Of a DNA stretch of 64,000 nt, positions 17,617 through 31,123 are shown piece by piece (the first letter of the stretch is position 1; each line of letters starts with the position of its first letter). Location of the stretch: contig OZ231126.1 of the NCBI GenBank assembly GCA_965153355.1, positions 21,018,001 to 21,082,000 of the forward strand. The letters run 5' to 3'. The position numbers and the translations under genes are program-made. This DNA is from Flaccisagitta enflata. Its lineage: Eukaryota. The notes beneath the pieces are model-generated. The model did no database searches. It was not told where the DNA came from and saw nothing but the letters and a program-made list of their open reading frames with translations.

Positions 17617-17919
17617 CTTAGTGTGATTCAAGTGGTGGTGATCTTTGACTCTTCGAGAGCCCTCAGTTCAACGGTGCCTGCAGAGGGTCATGAATCACAC
17701 TCAACTGTGTAGAAGCTTTTGGTTTGAGATTTCGTTGTTTGTTTTTTGTTTTTTGTTTGTTTTTTCAATTGAGCTGTTTCACTTTCATATACAACAAGAT
17801 CTTGACAATTAAGAAATAATTAATAAGGATCCTCGTGAAGGGGTTCAGTAAAAGTAAAAGAAAGATTTATTTAAAAAAGAAATCATTTTGAAGGGTGAAA
17901 AACATAAACTAAAGTGACA

Positions 17920-18340
17920 ATGAGAAAAGTAACCCGGGGTTACAATATCGTCGCGGACGGGTGGGCAAGGGCGTACCAGTCATTTAGTTTAGGACAAGAG
18001 ACATCCATGTCATATATGGAAATCTCTCTCTATCCGGTTAGGGAGTTCGTCAGGCTCAGACTTCTGGTCAGAATATAGTCACTTTACAATAAAATGGAGA
18101 AGAAACAAATACCCCGGGGTACAACGATGCGTCCACATGCAGTTTATTAGCTTATTAAGAATGATGCAATATTGCATCAATCATGTGGAATGATGCAATG
18201 ACTTAACATTCTGGGTGATTTTCTTGAGATTTAACCATTATTGACTCGTGTGTTACAGACTGACGGCCGGCCGGATAGACCGACGGACGTACGGACGTAT
18301 GGACAAAGCATCTTATAGAGATGCGTGGACGCATCTAAAA
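17920..18340 (-). mobile_element. Degenerate HINE-like element
   Basis: GTCGCGGACGGGTGGGCAAGG near the left end, (GACG/GACC)n core and TTATAGAGATGCGTGGACGCATCTAAAA hairpin end. Confidence 0.65.
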
Positions 18341-18563
18341 AAGAAGGAAAAGAGGGGGGGGGGAAGAATAAAGAAAGAAAATGATTTTTTTTGTGTCCAA
18401 AAGAGTTCTAGTTTAAGCATAAAAAGGCTTAGTAAATAGAATGCATAGTTACTTAATGAAACGCTGTACAGATCTATTTTGTAATCGCTTGAAATCGCTG
18501 TCGGGCTTGAAATTAGCTGGGATGTCCCTGAACTTTTTGCTCCACTACGCCGATGTGTACAAA

Positions 18564-18653
<90 letters not shown>

Positions 18654-19236
18654 CACGCTTCCGCAAACGCAGTACCTTAAATGCGCGTTTTTATTGTATT
18701 TGTGTATTGTATAAGTCCTAGGAAGACGTCAAAATGGCACAGGAACGTTACCACTTTGCTTTGCTAGAGAGATTTATCCAGGGAGTTTGTCGTTGACGCA
18801 GGAGAATGAAGATCCCAGCAAGGTTCCTGTTCTTGTTCTTGTTCTTGTTCATGTTCTTGATATGGAGGTTAGTATTGCAAACTCTGTACATGTACTACAA
18901 GTCATCTCCTTCCCCTTCCCTGAAAGTAACATTGATAATGGTTCATGCTATCGAGTTTTTTAGTGAGGTCATTCGGCTCCAAAGATTATGTTCTAATCGC
19001 TCTGACTTTGAGACAAGAACTAAAATTGTGACAGAGCCCTTGTTGATTGCTCCAAACACGTAATAATGACTTTGTTCCGATTTCCTCTTGAACAACGGTA
19101 CAACCAATATGATAAAAGGAATTTGACAAAGGAAAAATGAAACTGATTAAGAAATAAGCTGAAAAATAAATTGAAAGTTGGTTCAAACGCTTTTTTTCGA
19201 AACAAGGGACTTTCTGTCAAATTACCTCTTTGAAGA

Positions 19237-19353
<117 letters not shown>

Positions 19354-21436
19354 TGTCCACATTCGCTGCACTTTGCTAATAAAATTTTTAACGGCTTTTT
19401 CCTTGCGGGAGTTTTTCGATCTATCCTTCCATGCCACACCAATGAAGCTGCTGACGCCGCTGCTGTGACTGCTGCTGCAGTAGCCGCTGCTTCTGCTGCC
19501 GCGGGCCTCCGCCTTCTTTTCGCTCTTTCATCCCCTTTCTTCCTTTCCTTAGAACCATTCTTATCTCTCTCTCTATGTGTGTGTGCGTGCGTGCGTGCGA
19601 GTGTTTGTCTCATTGTGTGTGTCTGTGCGTGTGCAGAGAGGCCATCCCCGATACTGCTGTAGTCGCTGCTGCTTCTTCCTCCCTGCCATTACATAAAAAA
19701 GCAGCGTTTCTCTGCACAGTGGCTCAAGGAGAGCGTGAACAGACACAATCTTTGTATTCAGATTTCAGATGGTATTGTGTACAAAACTGACAATTTTGGT
19801 TCTGATTAATACGCTCAATCACAGTACAGGTTAAATTCTGTGCGTTTGGCTCGTCATCCATGCGAAAGGAGTGCCGCGTCAAAGATGCAATAACAAACCT
19901 GGATATTAACTTACTTATTTTAATGTAAACAATTTGAGGTAAAAACGTTTATCCATTTTATCGATCTTTGAATTTGCTAGAGAGACATTTTTTTGCTTTT
20001 TCTCGGATAAAACATGAAAAAAGAACTATACTTCTGGTACAGAAATTTTCTTTGGGCCGCTGTTGGCCGCCAAACCACTGTGCTTTTACATCAGTGGATG
20101 ATAAAATTTTATATCAGAGTTAGCTACTAAAAATCGCTCCGAGCCTTCCGCCATAGAAAAAGACTCTCTTTTCAATCTAAGAGAAGACGAAAACGAAACA
20201 ACATCTTTTCCTGCCTTTCGCTCTATTTTTTTTTTACCTTGCTTAACCCTCCGAGTTTTTCTTTGACGGATATTCCTGTGTTTTTTACGGTTTCTTTTTT
20301 TCTTTTTTTTGCTCTCTGCCCCTGCCCACCCGTTTGCGACTGGTACTTGACCGTGTATTCGGCCGTTTTTAGTCGCGGACACGCGACTCTACATCTTGCC
20401 GTGTCGGTCGGTAGGTCGGTATGTCTGTCCGTCGGTCCGTCACATTTTTGAACTCCGAGCGATTTTCAAATAACTGCTCCTGCCCAACCGTCCGCGACTG
20501 GATTGCCGTGTATCCGGCCTTGTTCTTAATCCCCAATCGGCTGCGAACATCTCGTGATAAGTGCTTTCTTCCTTTTTTTGCGCATAAACGCTTCTTTTTA
20601 GGTGCGACAAAGCACCGCCATAACTGGCTGTGTCCGTTGGTCGGTTGGTTGGTCTGTCGATCGGTCTGTCGGTAACGCATTCGATCGACGATCCACACGC
20701 CGCACCTATTGGCCTACTTGGCCTTGTTCTTCAGAACCTTGCTCAGGTCAAATTTAGCAAATGACAAGATAGGAACAGCAATGAACGACCCTCTGTCAAT
20801 ATTTCATATCCATTCATAATGATTCATTTGACATTTGTAAGCAGGTGACCGCGTGAGCAAGTCTTCGATAGTTTGAATGGATGAGAGAAAATGAATTTTT
20901 TCATCCGTCGATGGATGTCATTCATTTTAGTTTGAAGCTGAGCTCTTTTCAATTCAGGCAGTCGCCATTTTCTCGGTTTTTGTCCCTTTAGGCGATGATC
21001 AGCAGCGACATCTTAAACGCTCGGAAGCTGAAAAGCTTGGAAGCTCAACATCCGAATATCCAAAATCACGCAAAAATTGAAATTTTGTTTTATCCAAAAA
21101 CGAAAACAAAAGCAAAAACAAAAACAAAAACAAAGACAAAGACAAAAACAAAAACAAAAACAAAAACAAAAACAAAAACAAAAACAAAAACAAAAACAAA
21201 AACAAAAACAAAAACAAAAAGAGGTAACGATGATAAACGAGGAAAGAATGATAAGAAGAAGAGGAAGAAGAAACACAGCACAAAAGGAAAAAGAATTAGC
21301 AAAAAATTACACAAAAATTAGATTTCAAATCAGCTGTCATCCCAAAAGTCAATATCCAAAAACGTCAACTGACAACTTTCGACTCACCAACATCAGTTAC
21401 GCGACATGGTGAGTAAAAATGGCCGTATTTCAAGAT

Positions 21437-21645
<209 letters not shown>

Positions 21646-22079
21646 TAGCCTGTCTGTTCGTCTTTCTGTACGTCTCCACCGTCTTTCCTGTCTGTCTTCC
21701 TGTTTCCCTCTAACGTGTTTGCGCGTGTCTGTCTTTAGACTCTTTACATTTGTCATGCCATTCATTACTTGCCCGTCGTAATCAAGCAGCATGATCAGCA
21801 AACTGCGTGTCTACCTCATTTGCATATTGCAATCTAGGGTATTTCAACATTTTCTTATATATTGTTCCCGATAAATCAGTATTTAGAACATTGAGTGATT
21901 AGTAAATGAAACTTATAAGGCAAAAATGGAGAAGTTAGGGGATCAAATTCGCCCATTGACATATCGCAGCCAGTAACCAAGCTCTGGCCGAGACCAATGC
22001 GAATGTTCTGTGTGGTTGACTTCCGTCCACCAATCAAACATATTTAAAGGAAATGCGATGCGACATTGCAAAGGGTTTA

Positions 22080-24872
22080 CACGTACAGACCTTTACATCC
22101 TGCTTTCCTTCCGAGTAGCGAATATCCTTCCTGAAATCTTCCGACTAATCTAGCTGTGTTTTTCTATGGCTTTCCTATGGTTTTTTATGCTTTACTATAT
22201 TTTTCTTCCCTAAACTAAGCCTTTTAATAAAAAGAAAAAAACAAAATAAACAACAACTCCTTTTCAGTCACTTTCCAAAAACTTCAGAGACAAAAACGAC
22301 AAAAGCTAAGGCAAAGATTGAGTTTCAGTCCATTTCTAGTCGCATGCTAGGCAACTCTATAACCCACTTTTTGGTCGGTCCGTCGGTTGGTCGGTCCGTC
22401 TGTCCATGCATCACAAAAAGGTTTTGAAAGCCTTTTATTGTGTTTTTTATGACTTGCGACAACATTGCTTTGTTAAAAACAGAAAAAAAAATCTCTGAAT
22501 ATCAGAGAAGATACTTGGAGAAAAAAACAGCTATTTCAAATGTTTTTTGGAAAAAAAGTTGATTGTCTGTTTGTCTGCCTGACTTTTTTTGAAAGTAACG
22601 ACGCACGTGACTTAGGTCTAATGACCTTGTTTATAACTATATTTATGAATTTTTGTCCCCGACGAACAGTTTTCGTCGGTGACTATGAAGTAGCAGTGAT
22701 GTGTAGTCTGTCGTCTGTCTGTCTGTCTGTCTGTCTGTTTGTTTAAAACCCTCTCATATTTTTGGAACCAGACTTCAGAATTTTATGAAACTTTGCTGGT
22801 GTTGTTTATAGGTCAATAGGAGCTTGTGTACCAATTTTCAGAAAAATTCACTAACTTTTACTACCCTTTGCCTATTATTTTTATAGTAATATTTTACTGG
22901 ACTTAGGCGATTTACATAGGCAGAGGGTAGTAAACTTATGTGAATTTTTTTTTAACTTGGTATATAAGTAAGGGTCACTGAATAATCAGCCCCTGCAAAA
23001 TTTGAATTAAATCTGAAGTCTGGTTCATGAGATATTAGCTAATTTATTCATGTAGTAATATGTTACTGGGACAGGCGATTTACATAGGCAGAGGGTAGTA
23101 AACTTATGTGAATTTTTTTTTTGATTTGGTATACAAGTAAGGGTCACTAAATAATCAGCCCCTGCAAAATTCGAATTAAATCTGAAGTCTGGTTCATGAG
23201 ATATTAGCTAATTTATTTATGTAGTAATATGTTACTGGGACTTCGGCAATTTACATAGGCCAAGAGTAGTAAAGTTAAGTGAATTTTTTTTTTATTTAGT
23301 ATTCAAGTAAAGGATATTAATTGAACAGCCCCTGCAAAATTCGAATTAAATCTGAAGTATGGTTTATCAGATATTAGCTTATTAATGTAGTAATATGTTA
23401 ATAGGACTTCTGCAATTTATATAGAAGGTTGGAGTTGATAAATTTTTTTCTTGCTCATTCATTACCTTCTCATTTTTTTTTCTTTAAGTTTGCCATCATG
23501 GATTTCAGGATTAATATTCAGCTACTGTCATCATCTTCAGCTACTGTAATAAAAATAAATATTTCATTCAATGTCATATTTAACTATTTGTCATGCATCT
23601 TCCTTCTGTCATGATCTTCAACTACTGTCATCATCTTCCTTCTGTCTCATCTTCCAACTCTGTCATCATCTTTAACTTCTGTCATCATCTTCAACTATGT
23701 CGTCATCTTCAGCTACTGTCATCATCTTCAGCTACTGTCATCATCTTTAACTAACGTAATAATGTTTAACTGCTGTCATCATCTTCAACTACTGTCATCA
23801 TCTTCAAATAATGTCATCATCTTCAACTAATGTCATCATCTTCAACTAATGTCATCATCTTCAACTAATGTCATCATCTTCTTTCTGTCATCATGCCCCC
23901 AGCTACTGTCATCATCTTCAGCTTCTGTGTCATCATCTTCAACTACTGTCAAAATAAATATTCAGCTACTGTCAAATAAATATTTCGCTACTGTCATCAT
24001 CTTCAACTACTGTCATCATCTTCAACTACTGTCATCATCTTCAACTACTGTCATCATCTTCAACTACTGTCATCATCTTCAACTACCGTCATCATCTTTA
24101 ACTACCGTCATCATCTTTAACTACAGTCATCATCTTTAACTACTGTCATCATCTTTAACTACTGTCATCATCTTCAACTTTGAAAAAAAATTTTGAAAAT
24201 TAAAAAAAAAATTTTTTTTTGAAAATTTTTTTTGAATTTTTTTATTTTTTATTATATATTTTTTTTGTCGTGTATTTTCTTGAGTCGCGTTTATGCGACG
24301 AGAAAGCTTTTTTAAAATTGAATTCATAGTTTTCTAGTTTATCATTATCTAATTAGCAAAAAAAAGCCTGGTAGGCAAAAAAAAGCCTGGTAGGCAAAAA
24401 AAAGCCTGGTAGGCAAAAAAAAGCCTGGTATGATAAATCTAATTATCTAATTATCTAATTATCTAATTATCTAATCTAATTATCTAATTATCTAATTATC
24501 TAATTAGCAAAAAAAAGCCTGGTAGGCAAAAAAATGCCTGGTAGGCAAAAAAAAGCCTGGTATGATAAAGGCATTGTTTAATTTGACGAGAAATACTCAA
24601 TAAAAGTAATAGTTTCCTTAAAAAAGGTAGAGCAAAAATTGAAAACCTTTTTTAGACCACCGGGATTCAAATTGTTTCCTTCTTTTTTTTTTGGCCTTTT
24701 TCCCCCTTTGTCTTTTCTTTCTTTTTTCCTTCCTTCCTTCCTTCCTTCCTTCCTTCCTTCCTCCCCCCCTTTCTGCTAGCTGCTTCCCTTCCTTCCAAAC
24801 CTTCCGAGTGGCATTCAGCCCTTCCGAGTAGCGGCGCTACTCGCTACTACAAGATGTACAGGTCTGTACACG
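22080..24872. mobile_element. TA-flanked TIR element with nested HINEs and minisatellites, present only in copy 2
   Basis: TA|CACGTACAGACCTTTACATC ... GATGTACAGGTCTGTACACG|TA (20-bp TIR, 3 mismatches). CTTCCGAGTAGCG motif near both ends. Nested HINE at ~22335-22631. Confidence 0.8.
22650..24330 (+). mobile_element. DINE-like element with ~170-bp tandem repeats and a 19-bp minisatellite
   Basis: T-run, 5' hairpin GTCCCCGACGAA..TTCGTCGGTGAC, (GTCT)n, ~3 units of ~170 bp (22880-23425), (CTTCAACTACTGTCATCAT)n at 23520-24180, 3' hairpin GTCGC..GCGAC. Confidence 0.75.
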
Positions 24873-25297
24873 TAGTCGAAAAGGCTAATCGTTTCTTAAG
24901 TAATCCCGGGATGAGACAGTCGTTAGCGTTCTTTTTGGCGATTCGGAATTGAGAAGATTTCGGGTAAATGAAGACGAATGTACTCGTCGCTCCATCCGTT
25001 TTTCTGTCACCTTGTTATGTGTATATTTTTTTTGCCTGCGGTATCGCATCAGTGAATAGGCTTCGCTGCTTGTCCCAAACACGCTTGCCAGCTTCCATCG
25101 TGTCCTCGTCCTTGCTTCTTTTGGCCCTTTAGAAAAGCCCCTGACCGGGTATCACAAAGTCAGAGATAACATTTGTCATACGGCAGGGAGTCATAGATGC
25201 TAGACTTTGATGAAACGCCAGAACGAAACTGCTCTCCTGATCGTAGCATTAATCGCATAAAACAAGATCGAAAACGACCATCATTACGACAACGAAG

Positions 25298-25364
<67 letters not shown>

Positions 25365-25370
25365 AACAAT

Positions 25371-25408
<38 letters not shown>

Positions 25409-25431
25409 ACAACAATAACAACAATAACAAT

Positions 25432-25487
<56 letters not shown>

Positions 25488-25978
25488 AGGCAGTACATGG
25501 TGAGCAATGCCTGGGCCCTGCTTGTTGTTAGTAAAATTGAGGGAGGAGCAAAGCAGTGGCTCCGAAGTCTTGAGTCCTGTAGAGCACAGGGGGGATCAGT
25601 CCGTCCGTCCATCCGTTCATCCTGCTGTCTGGGATATGGATCCGAGAGACAAGGCTCTGGATTATAGAGACCCGAATCTGTGACATGGAGAGTTGAATCA
25701 AGGTCCATGAACACCAGGATCTAGGTCATTGAGGCAAGGATATGGGTCTTGGAGGCCAGTATCTGAGTCTCAGAGGCTAGGATCTAGGTTTCAGAGACTA
25801 GGATCTGGGTCTCAGAGGCCAGTGTATGGGTTTCAAAGCCAGTATCTGGGTCTCAGAAGCCAGAGACTGGGTGACGGAGGCTAGAATCTGGGTCTCAAAA
25901 GAAAACACATCAGATGACAGACCAGAATTTAGGAATCTAGATTTGGGCCATTCTGCTTGAACTTGGGCTATTTCGCTA

Positions 25979-27221
25979 CAGTATGTTTCATCTCGCCTGG
26001 AACGAAAGATGACGGCGTCATTCAAAAATGAAAAAAGATAATCAAATTCTGAAAAAAACGCATGTTTTGGCATTTGTTTATGTTAACTTTCAGCCTTCCA
26101 TGTCAATTATGTAAGCTTCTATCTCAATTTGAAGCGAGACACTTTTTTCTTGCTCCTTTTTTCCCTTCGGCAATCATCATCAACATGTCAGTGTTTAACA
26201 TCCAAGCAATGAGAATAACATAGCAAAATCTATGATCATTTTGAAGCTCTGTGAAAGATCTTTCAAATGAGCCCATGCTGGTTGTCCTGGCTTCATCCGT
26301 TTCGAAATGGCATTAAGATGAAGACAGGTTGTCAGGATATTGAAAACTCATTAGAGGATTTTCATGTTTTTTAGATGCGTCCTCGCATCTCTATAAGAGG
26401 GTCTGTCTGTCTGTCCGTCGGTCGGTCCATCCGTCCGTTACGCAAGTGCAAAAAACGCGTTTCTCGGCTGTTTTTTGGCCGCGGTGAGATCCTATACTGA
26501 AACAAATGATCAACCAATATGTTTTGATAGCCTCCTTTACAGTTTACTACTTAGTCATTTCACTCGTCTGTTTGTCCATCTGTCTCCATATATGTCACAT
26601 GATCAATACACGCAGAGACACAGCCCGGACGCATCTTTGCCCGGTTGGGCTTGTTGCTTGTCATATTGTAGAAATCTAAGGCATTGAGTTAAATAATTGT
26701 TCTCAACGCCATATCAAAGAAAATTTGAAGCCGTTTAATTTGCTCATGGATATCAAGTAGCTTTGAAAACCTTGTGTTGCATTATGAAGAAATATATAAC
26801 AATCAAACTAGTGAATTGAAAAAACAAACAAATTTGCACTTTTTTTCAATCTGCAATGTTTTGCTTCAAACCCATGCCATTTCTAAACGAAGAAAGCTAC
26901 AGCAACCAGCAATGTTGCATTTGGAAGATTTTTCGCAGAGCTTTCAATTGGTCATAATTTTTTTATAGATCAGGCCCATGTGAAAACAGAAACTAGCAAA
27001 AGAAGTTGTCGTCTTTTTTTGACCTTGGTTGAGAGGAACTGAAATGATAGGATCATTTCAAATTGAGATAGAGGCTTAACTGATAGACATGGAAGACTGA
27101 AACTTGGCATGAACAAATGGCAAAACATGCAGTTTCAGAAAGTTTTTTCAGAAATTAATTATTTTCTTTTGTTTTTGAATGACGCTGTCATCTTTTGTTC
27201 CAGTCAAGATGAAACATACTG
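25979..27221. mobile_element. Paralogue of the 3873-6483 TIR element, lacking the pogo-like inserts
   Basis: Same ~45-bp TIRs and TA flanks. Confidence 0.9.
26371..26655 (+). mobile_element. HINE inserted in a T-run, present only in copy 2
   Basis: AGATGCGTCCTCGCATCT 5' hairpin, (GTCT/GTCC)n, GCCCGGTTGGGC 3' hairpin then TTGTT. Empty site CATGTTTTTACTTGTCATA at ~5942-5960. Confidence 0.92.
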
Positions 27222-27537
27222 TAGGATATAGGCCTCTTGGCGCTTGGGTCAGAATGGGCCCCAAAAGAGACGAAGGGGCTGAAGGGGGGGGGGCAGACAA
27301 AATGATGTACGTACGTCTGTCTCTCACTCTCGTCTCTGTACCTCCCTTTCATTGTTTGTCTGTCTGACTCTCTCACTATCATCCACTCTCTCTCTCTCTG
27401 TCCTCGAAGATTCATGTCCTCTTTAAAAGGAAATCAATCATTTTTCCGACTTTCGTCTTCACGCCGTTTAAAACGCCATCCATCATCCGTCCACCAGGGC
27501 AAAAATCAAAATGAGACAGTGATAGAGTGGAACGACA

Positions 27538-27723
<186 letters not shown>

Positions 27724-28319
27724 AAATATTTCCGAATTCGCTTTAAAACCTGAGAAATGATTAGGTTATCTTTTATCAAGTGATATTCATAAATTGTCTT
27801 TCTGGCAGAAAGAAAAACCGGTTATCGTTTCTCATTTTTTCAGGGCTTAAGCCGAGTTTGAGCTGTTCTAAGGCTCTGCTTCCGTTGAGATGACCTCTGC
27901 CGGGAAAAGGGACATTTAATTGAACGCGGGGGTGAGGTGTATCAAAATGGCCTCTAGGCTTCAGATCGTCTGTGCCGCGGTTTTGGGCATGGGGTGGGTG
28001 TGGTAGAACACGAAAATACCCTTGGGGGGCTTCCCAAAGTGGTCCTGTGAGTACTCCACCTCTTAAAAGCTTGCCAAAATGGCCCCAAAATAAGCTAAAG
28101 CTGGTGGTGACCTGTCAACTTCAAATTTTTTTTTGCCAGCCTGTTTTTGATGAATAAGCACTTTTTTTGGGCTCATTGGGGAGCAAAAACATATAAGAGG
28201 GTAGTGGGGTGGGTGGGTGAGGGGGGTGCCCCATGGGGTGGGGGCAAGGGGGTCAAATTGGCCGAAATTCAGGTCCTGATGGAGGTGGTCGTAAAAAATG
28301 ACAAAAATTCAAAACACCA

Positions 28320-29820
28320 ATTTTTTTGGTCAAATTATGTTGTAACTTGATGGTTTTAGCCAAAAAACCAAATCCAATTCGAAATCTTGGTTGAAAAATG
28401 CCGAATTACAGTTGTGGTGGTTGTTGGTGATTTTGGGGTTTTGACCATTCAACTTTGAAAGCGCATATTTTTTACACGGTTGGGAGAAAATATTTTTGGC
28501 TGGTCTCATTCAAAAAAGCATAAAAAAATCTTTCAGAATCTCATAAATTTTGTCTAGTTTCCTTCAGAAATGGCGCTACAGTGATCTCTCAAAGTACAGT
28601 GAAAATTGTGTTTTTCAGGTGTTTGAACAATCTCATTTTGTTGAGCTATTTCTTCCAAGGAAATGGAGATAAAAATCGAAAGATCAAAATTTTAGTCAAA
28701 TTATGTTGCAACTAAATGATAATAGCCAAAAAACCAGAAGTGAATTGGAGTTTTGGTTGAAAATTGCTAAATTACAGTTGTGGTGGTTGTTGGTGATTTT
28801 GGGGTTTTAACCATTCAACTTTGAAAGCTCATAATCTTTACACGGTTGGGAGAAAATATTTTTGGCTGGTCTCATTCAAAAAAGCATAAAAAAATCTTTC
28901 AGAATCTCATAAATTTTGTCTAGTTTCCTTCAGAAATGGCGCTACATTGATCTCTCAAAGTACAGTGAAAATTGTGTTTTTCAGGTGTTTGAACAATCTC
29001 ATTTTGTTGAGCTATTTCTTCCAAGGAAATGGAGATAAAAATCGAAAGATCAAAATTTTGGTCAAATTATGTTGCAACTCAATGATAATAGCCAAAAAAC
29101 CAGAAGTGAATTGGAATTTTGGTTGAAAATTGCTAAATTACAGTTGTGGTGGTTGTTGGTGATTTTTGGGTTTTAACCATTCAACCTTCAAAGCTCATAT
29201 CTTTTACACAGTTGGGAGAAAATATTTTTGGCCGGTCTCATTCAAAAAAGCATAAAAAACTTTTTTTCAGAATCTCAGGAATTTTGTCCAGTTTCTTTCA
29301 GAAATGGCACTACAGTGATCTCTCATAGTGCAGTGAAAATTGTGTTTTTCAGGTGTTTGAACAATCTCATTTTGTTGAGCTATTTCTTCAAAGGAAATGG
29401 AGATAAAAATCGAAAGATCAAAATTTTGGTCAAATTATATTGCAACTCAATGATAATAGCCAAAAAACCAGAAGTGAATTGGAATTATGGTTGAAAATTG
29501 CTAAATTACAGTTGGTTGTTGGTGATTTTTGGGTTTTAACCATTCAACCTTCAAAGCTCATATCTTTTACACAGTTGGGAGAAAATACTTTTGGCCGGTC
29601 TCATTCAAAAAAGCATAAAAAACTTTTTCAGAAGCTCAGGAATTTTGTCCAGTTTCTTTCAAAAATGGCGCTACAGTGATATCACAAAGTACACTTTTTC
29701 AGGTGTTCGACCGATACCACTTTGTCGAGCTATATCTTCCAAGGAAACGGAGATAAAAATCGAAATATCAAATGTTTGGTCAAATCATGTTGATGCTCAA
29801 TGAAAATAGCCAAAAAACCA
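28320..29820 (+). repeat. ~366-bp tandem repeat x4 (left arm)
   Basis: TTACAGTTG marker at 28406, 28772, 29138 and 29506. Confidence 0.95.
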
Positions 29821-29913
29821 ACGACAACAACAACAAGCACCACAACAAGCACAACAACAACAACCACAACTGCAAAAAACACATCAACAACAAGCACATC
29901 AACAAGCAAAAAT

Positions 29914-30070
<157 letters not shown>

Positions 30071-30143
30071 CGTTTCAGCTATGAAATGCAGATGAGCAGT
30101 GATTTGTAAAGTGTTGCTATTCTGATTCAGGGCGAGCACACTA

Positions 30144-31123
30144 GTGAAATCCATTTGTGTCAATTTACGCATCCAAATGAATTTTCAATCATGGTCGTTG
30201 GAACCGGGCCAGATCTCTGCATTCCTCTTTCCCAAGAAGGTCGACAACGACACCAAATCACGAATTGCATCACAAATTCTTGCGCTCGAACCATCATCCA
30301 TTGCCATAGTTACCCCAGCTTTGAATCGTGGATGACCATTGCTGCCAGAGATAACTTCAATAGTCGCAAAAGCGTTAGATGGTCAGCGGTACCCGTGCCT
30401 TGCCTAAGTAGGTTGTGGTTGAAGTTGAGAGGGGAGCAGGGCAGCGGCCCCGAAGGGGTCGATGACCTATGCTTTCACACATATGGGGGATTTTCTCCTT
30501 CTTCTCCTCCTGAGTTTTGGGCCTCAAGGCCAGGATCTGGGCCTCTTGGCTGAGATTTTGACATTGAGGCTGAGATTTGGGCCTCAAGACTGAAATCTGG
30601 GCCTACAGGCTAGGATTTAGGCCTTGAGGCTAGGATTTGGGCCTTGAGGCTGGGATGTGGGCCTCAAAATTGGGATTTGAGCCCCGAGACCGGAATTTGG
30701 TCCTTGAGACTGGGATTTGAGGGGGGGGGACGTAGAAGAAGGAGGAGAAGAAGGAGAAAATCCCCCATATGTGTGAAAGCATAGGTCATCGACCCCTTCG
30801 GGGCCGCTGCCCAAGACAGGGATTTGAGGGGGGGGACGTAGGAGAAGAAGGAGGAGAAGAAGGAGAAAATCCCCCATATGTGTGAAAGCATAGGTCATCG
30901 ACCCCTTTGGGGCCGCTGCCCAAAAAAGGAACTTCAAGATTTTGTCACAGAGCGCTCCATCCTGTTTTTTGAACGTTTTTGTCCAAATTATGGAAAATGG
31001 TTACCCATGAATGCTCCTTGGGATCACATACCGGAATTCTAACAGGACAAAGAGCTTGTTTATGCCATTCAGACTGTAAACGAACCAGCTGAACAAAGGT
31101 GTTCAATTTTGAAACGTTTTAAG
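30144..31123 (+). pseudogene. Decayed C-terminal part of an hAT-like (hATm-type) transposase, split by a HINE
   Basis: 30144-30360 translates to ..MNFQSWSLEPGQISAFLFPKKVDNDTKSRIASQILAL..PEITS (frameshifted). 30926-31123 translates to KELQDFVTERSILFFERF..W..F*QDKELVYAIQTVNEPAEQRCSILKRFK. These resemble the H-WYL..LF..V..K..A..LL, L-DFV..S..FF and V-ND-AER motifs I recall for this family. Confidence 0.65.
30361..30927 (-). mobile_element. HINE family B copy with inverted subterminal blocks and a duplicated 5' block
   Basis: GGGCAGCGGCCCCGAAGGGGTCGATGACCTATGCTTTCACACATATGGGGGA at ~30439 and its reverse complement twice (~30760-30812, ~30870-30921). Related copy at 52935-53455. Confidence 0.85.

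Noticed and set aside
18760..18925. Minus-strand TACTAAC followed by QEHEQEQEQEPCWDL.. as a terminal exon
   Set aside because: The frame is largely a (GTTCTT)n repeat, the acceptor is poor and no partner exon was found.
28320..29820. 366-bp repeats (a multiple of 3) as a tandem protein domain
   Set aside because: Stops and frameshifts in all frames; the units are mirrored on the opposite arm as transposon subterminal repeats.
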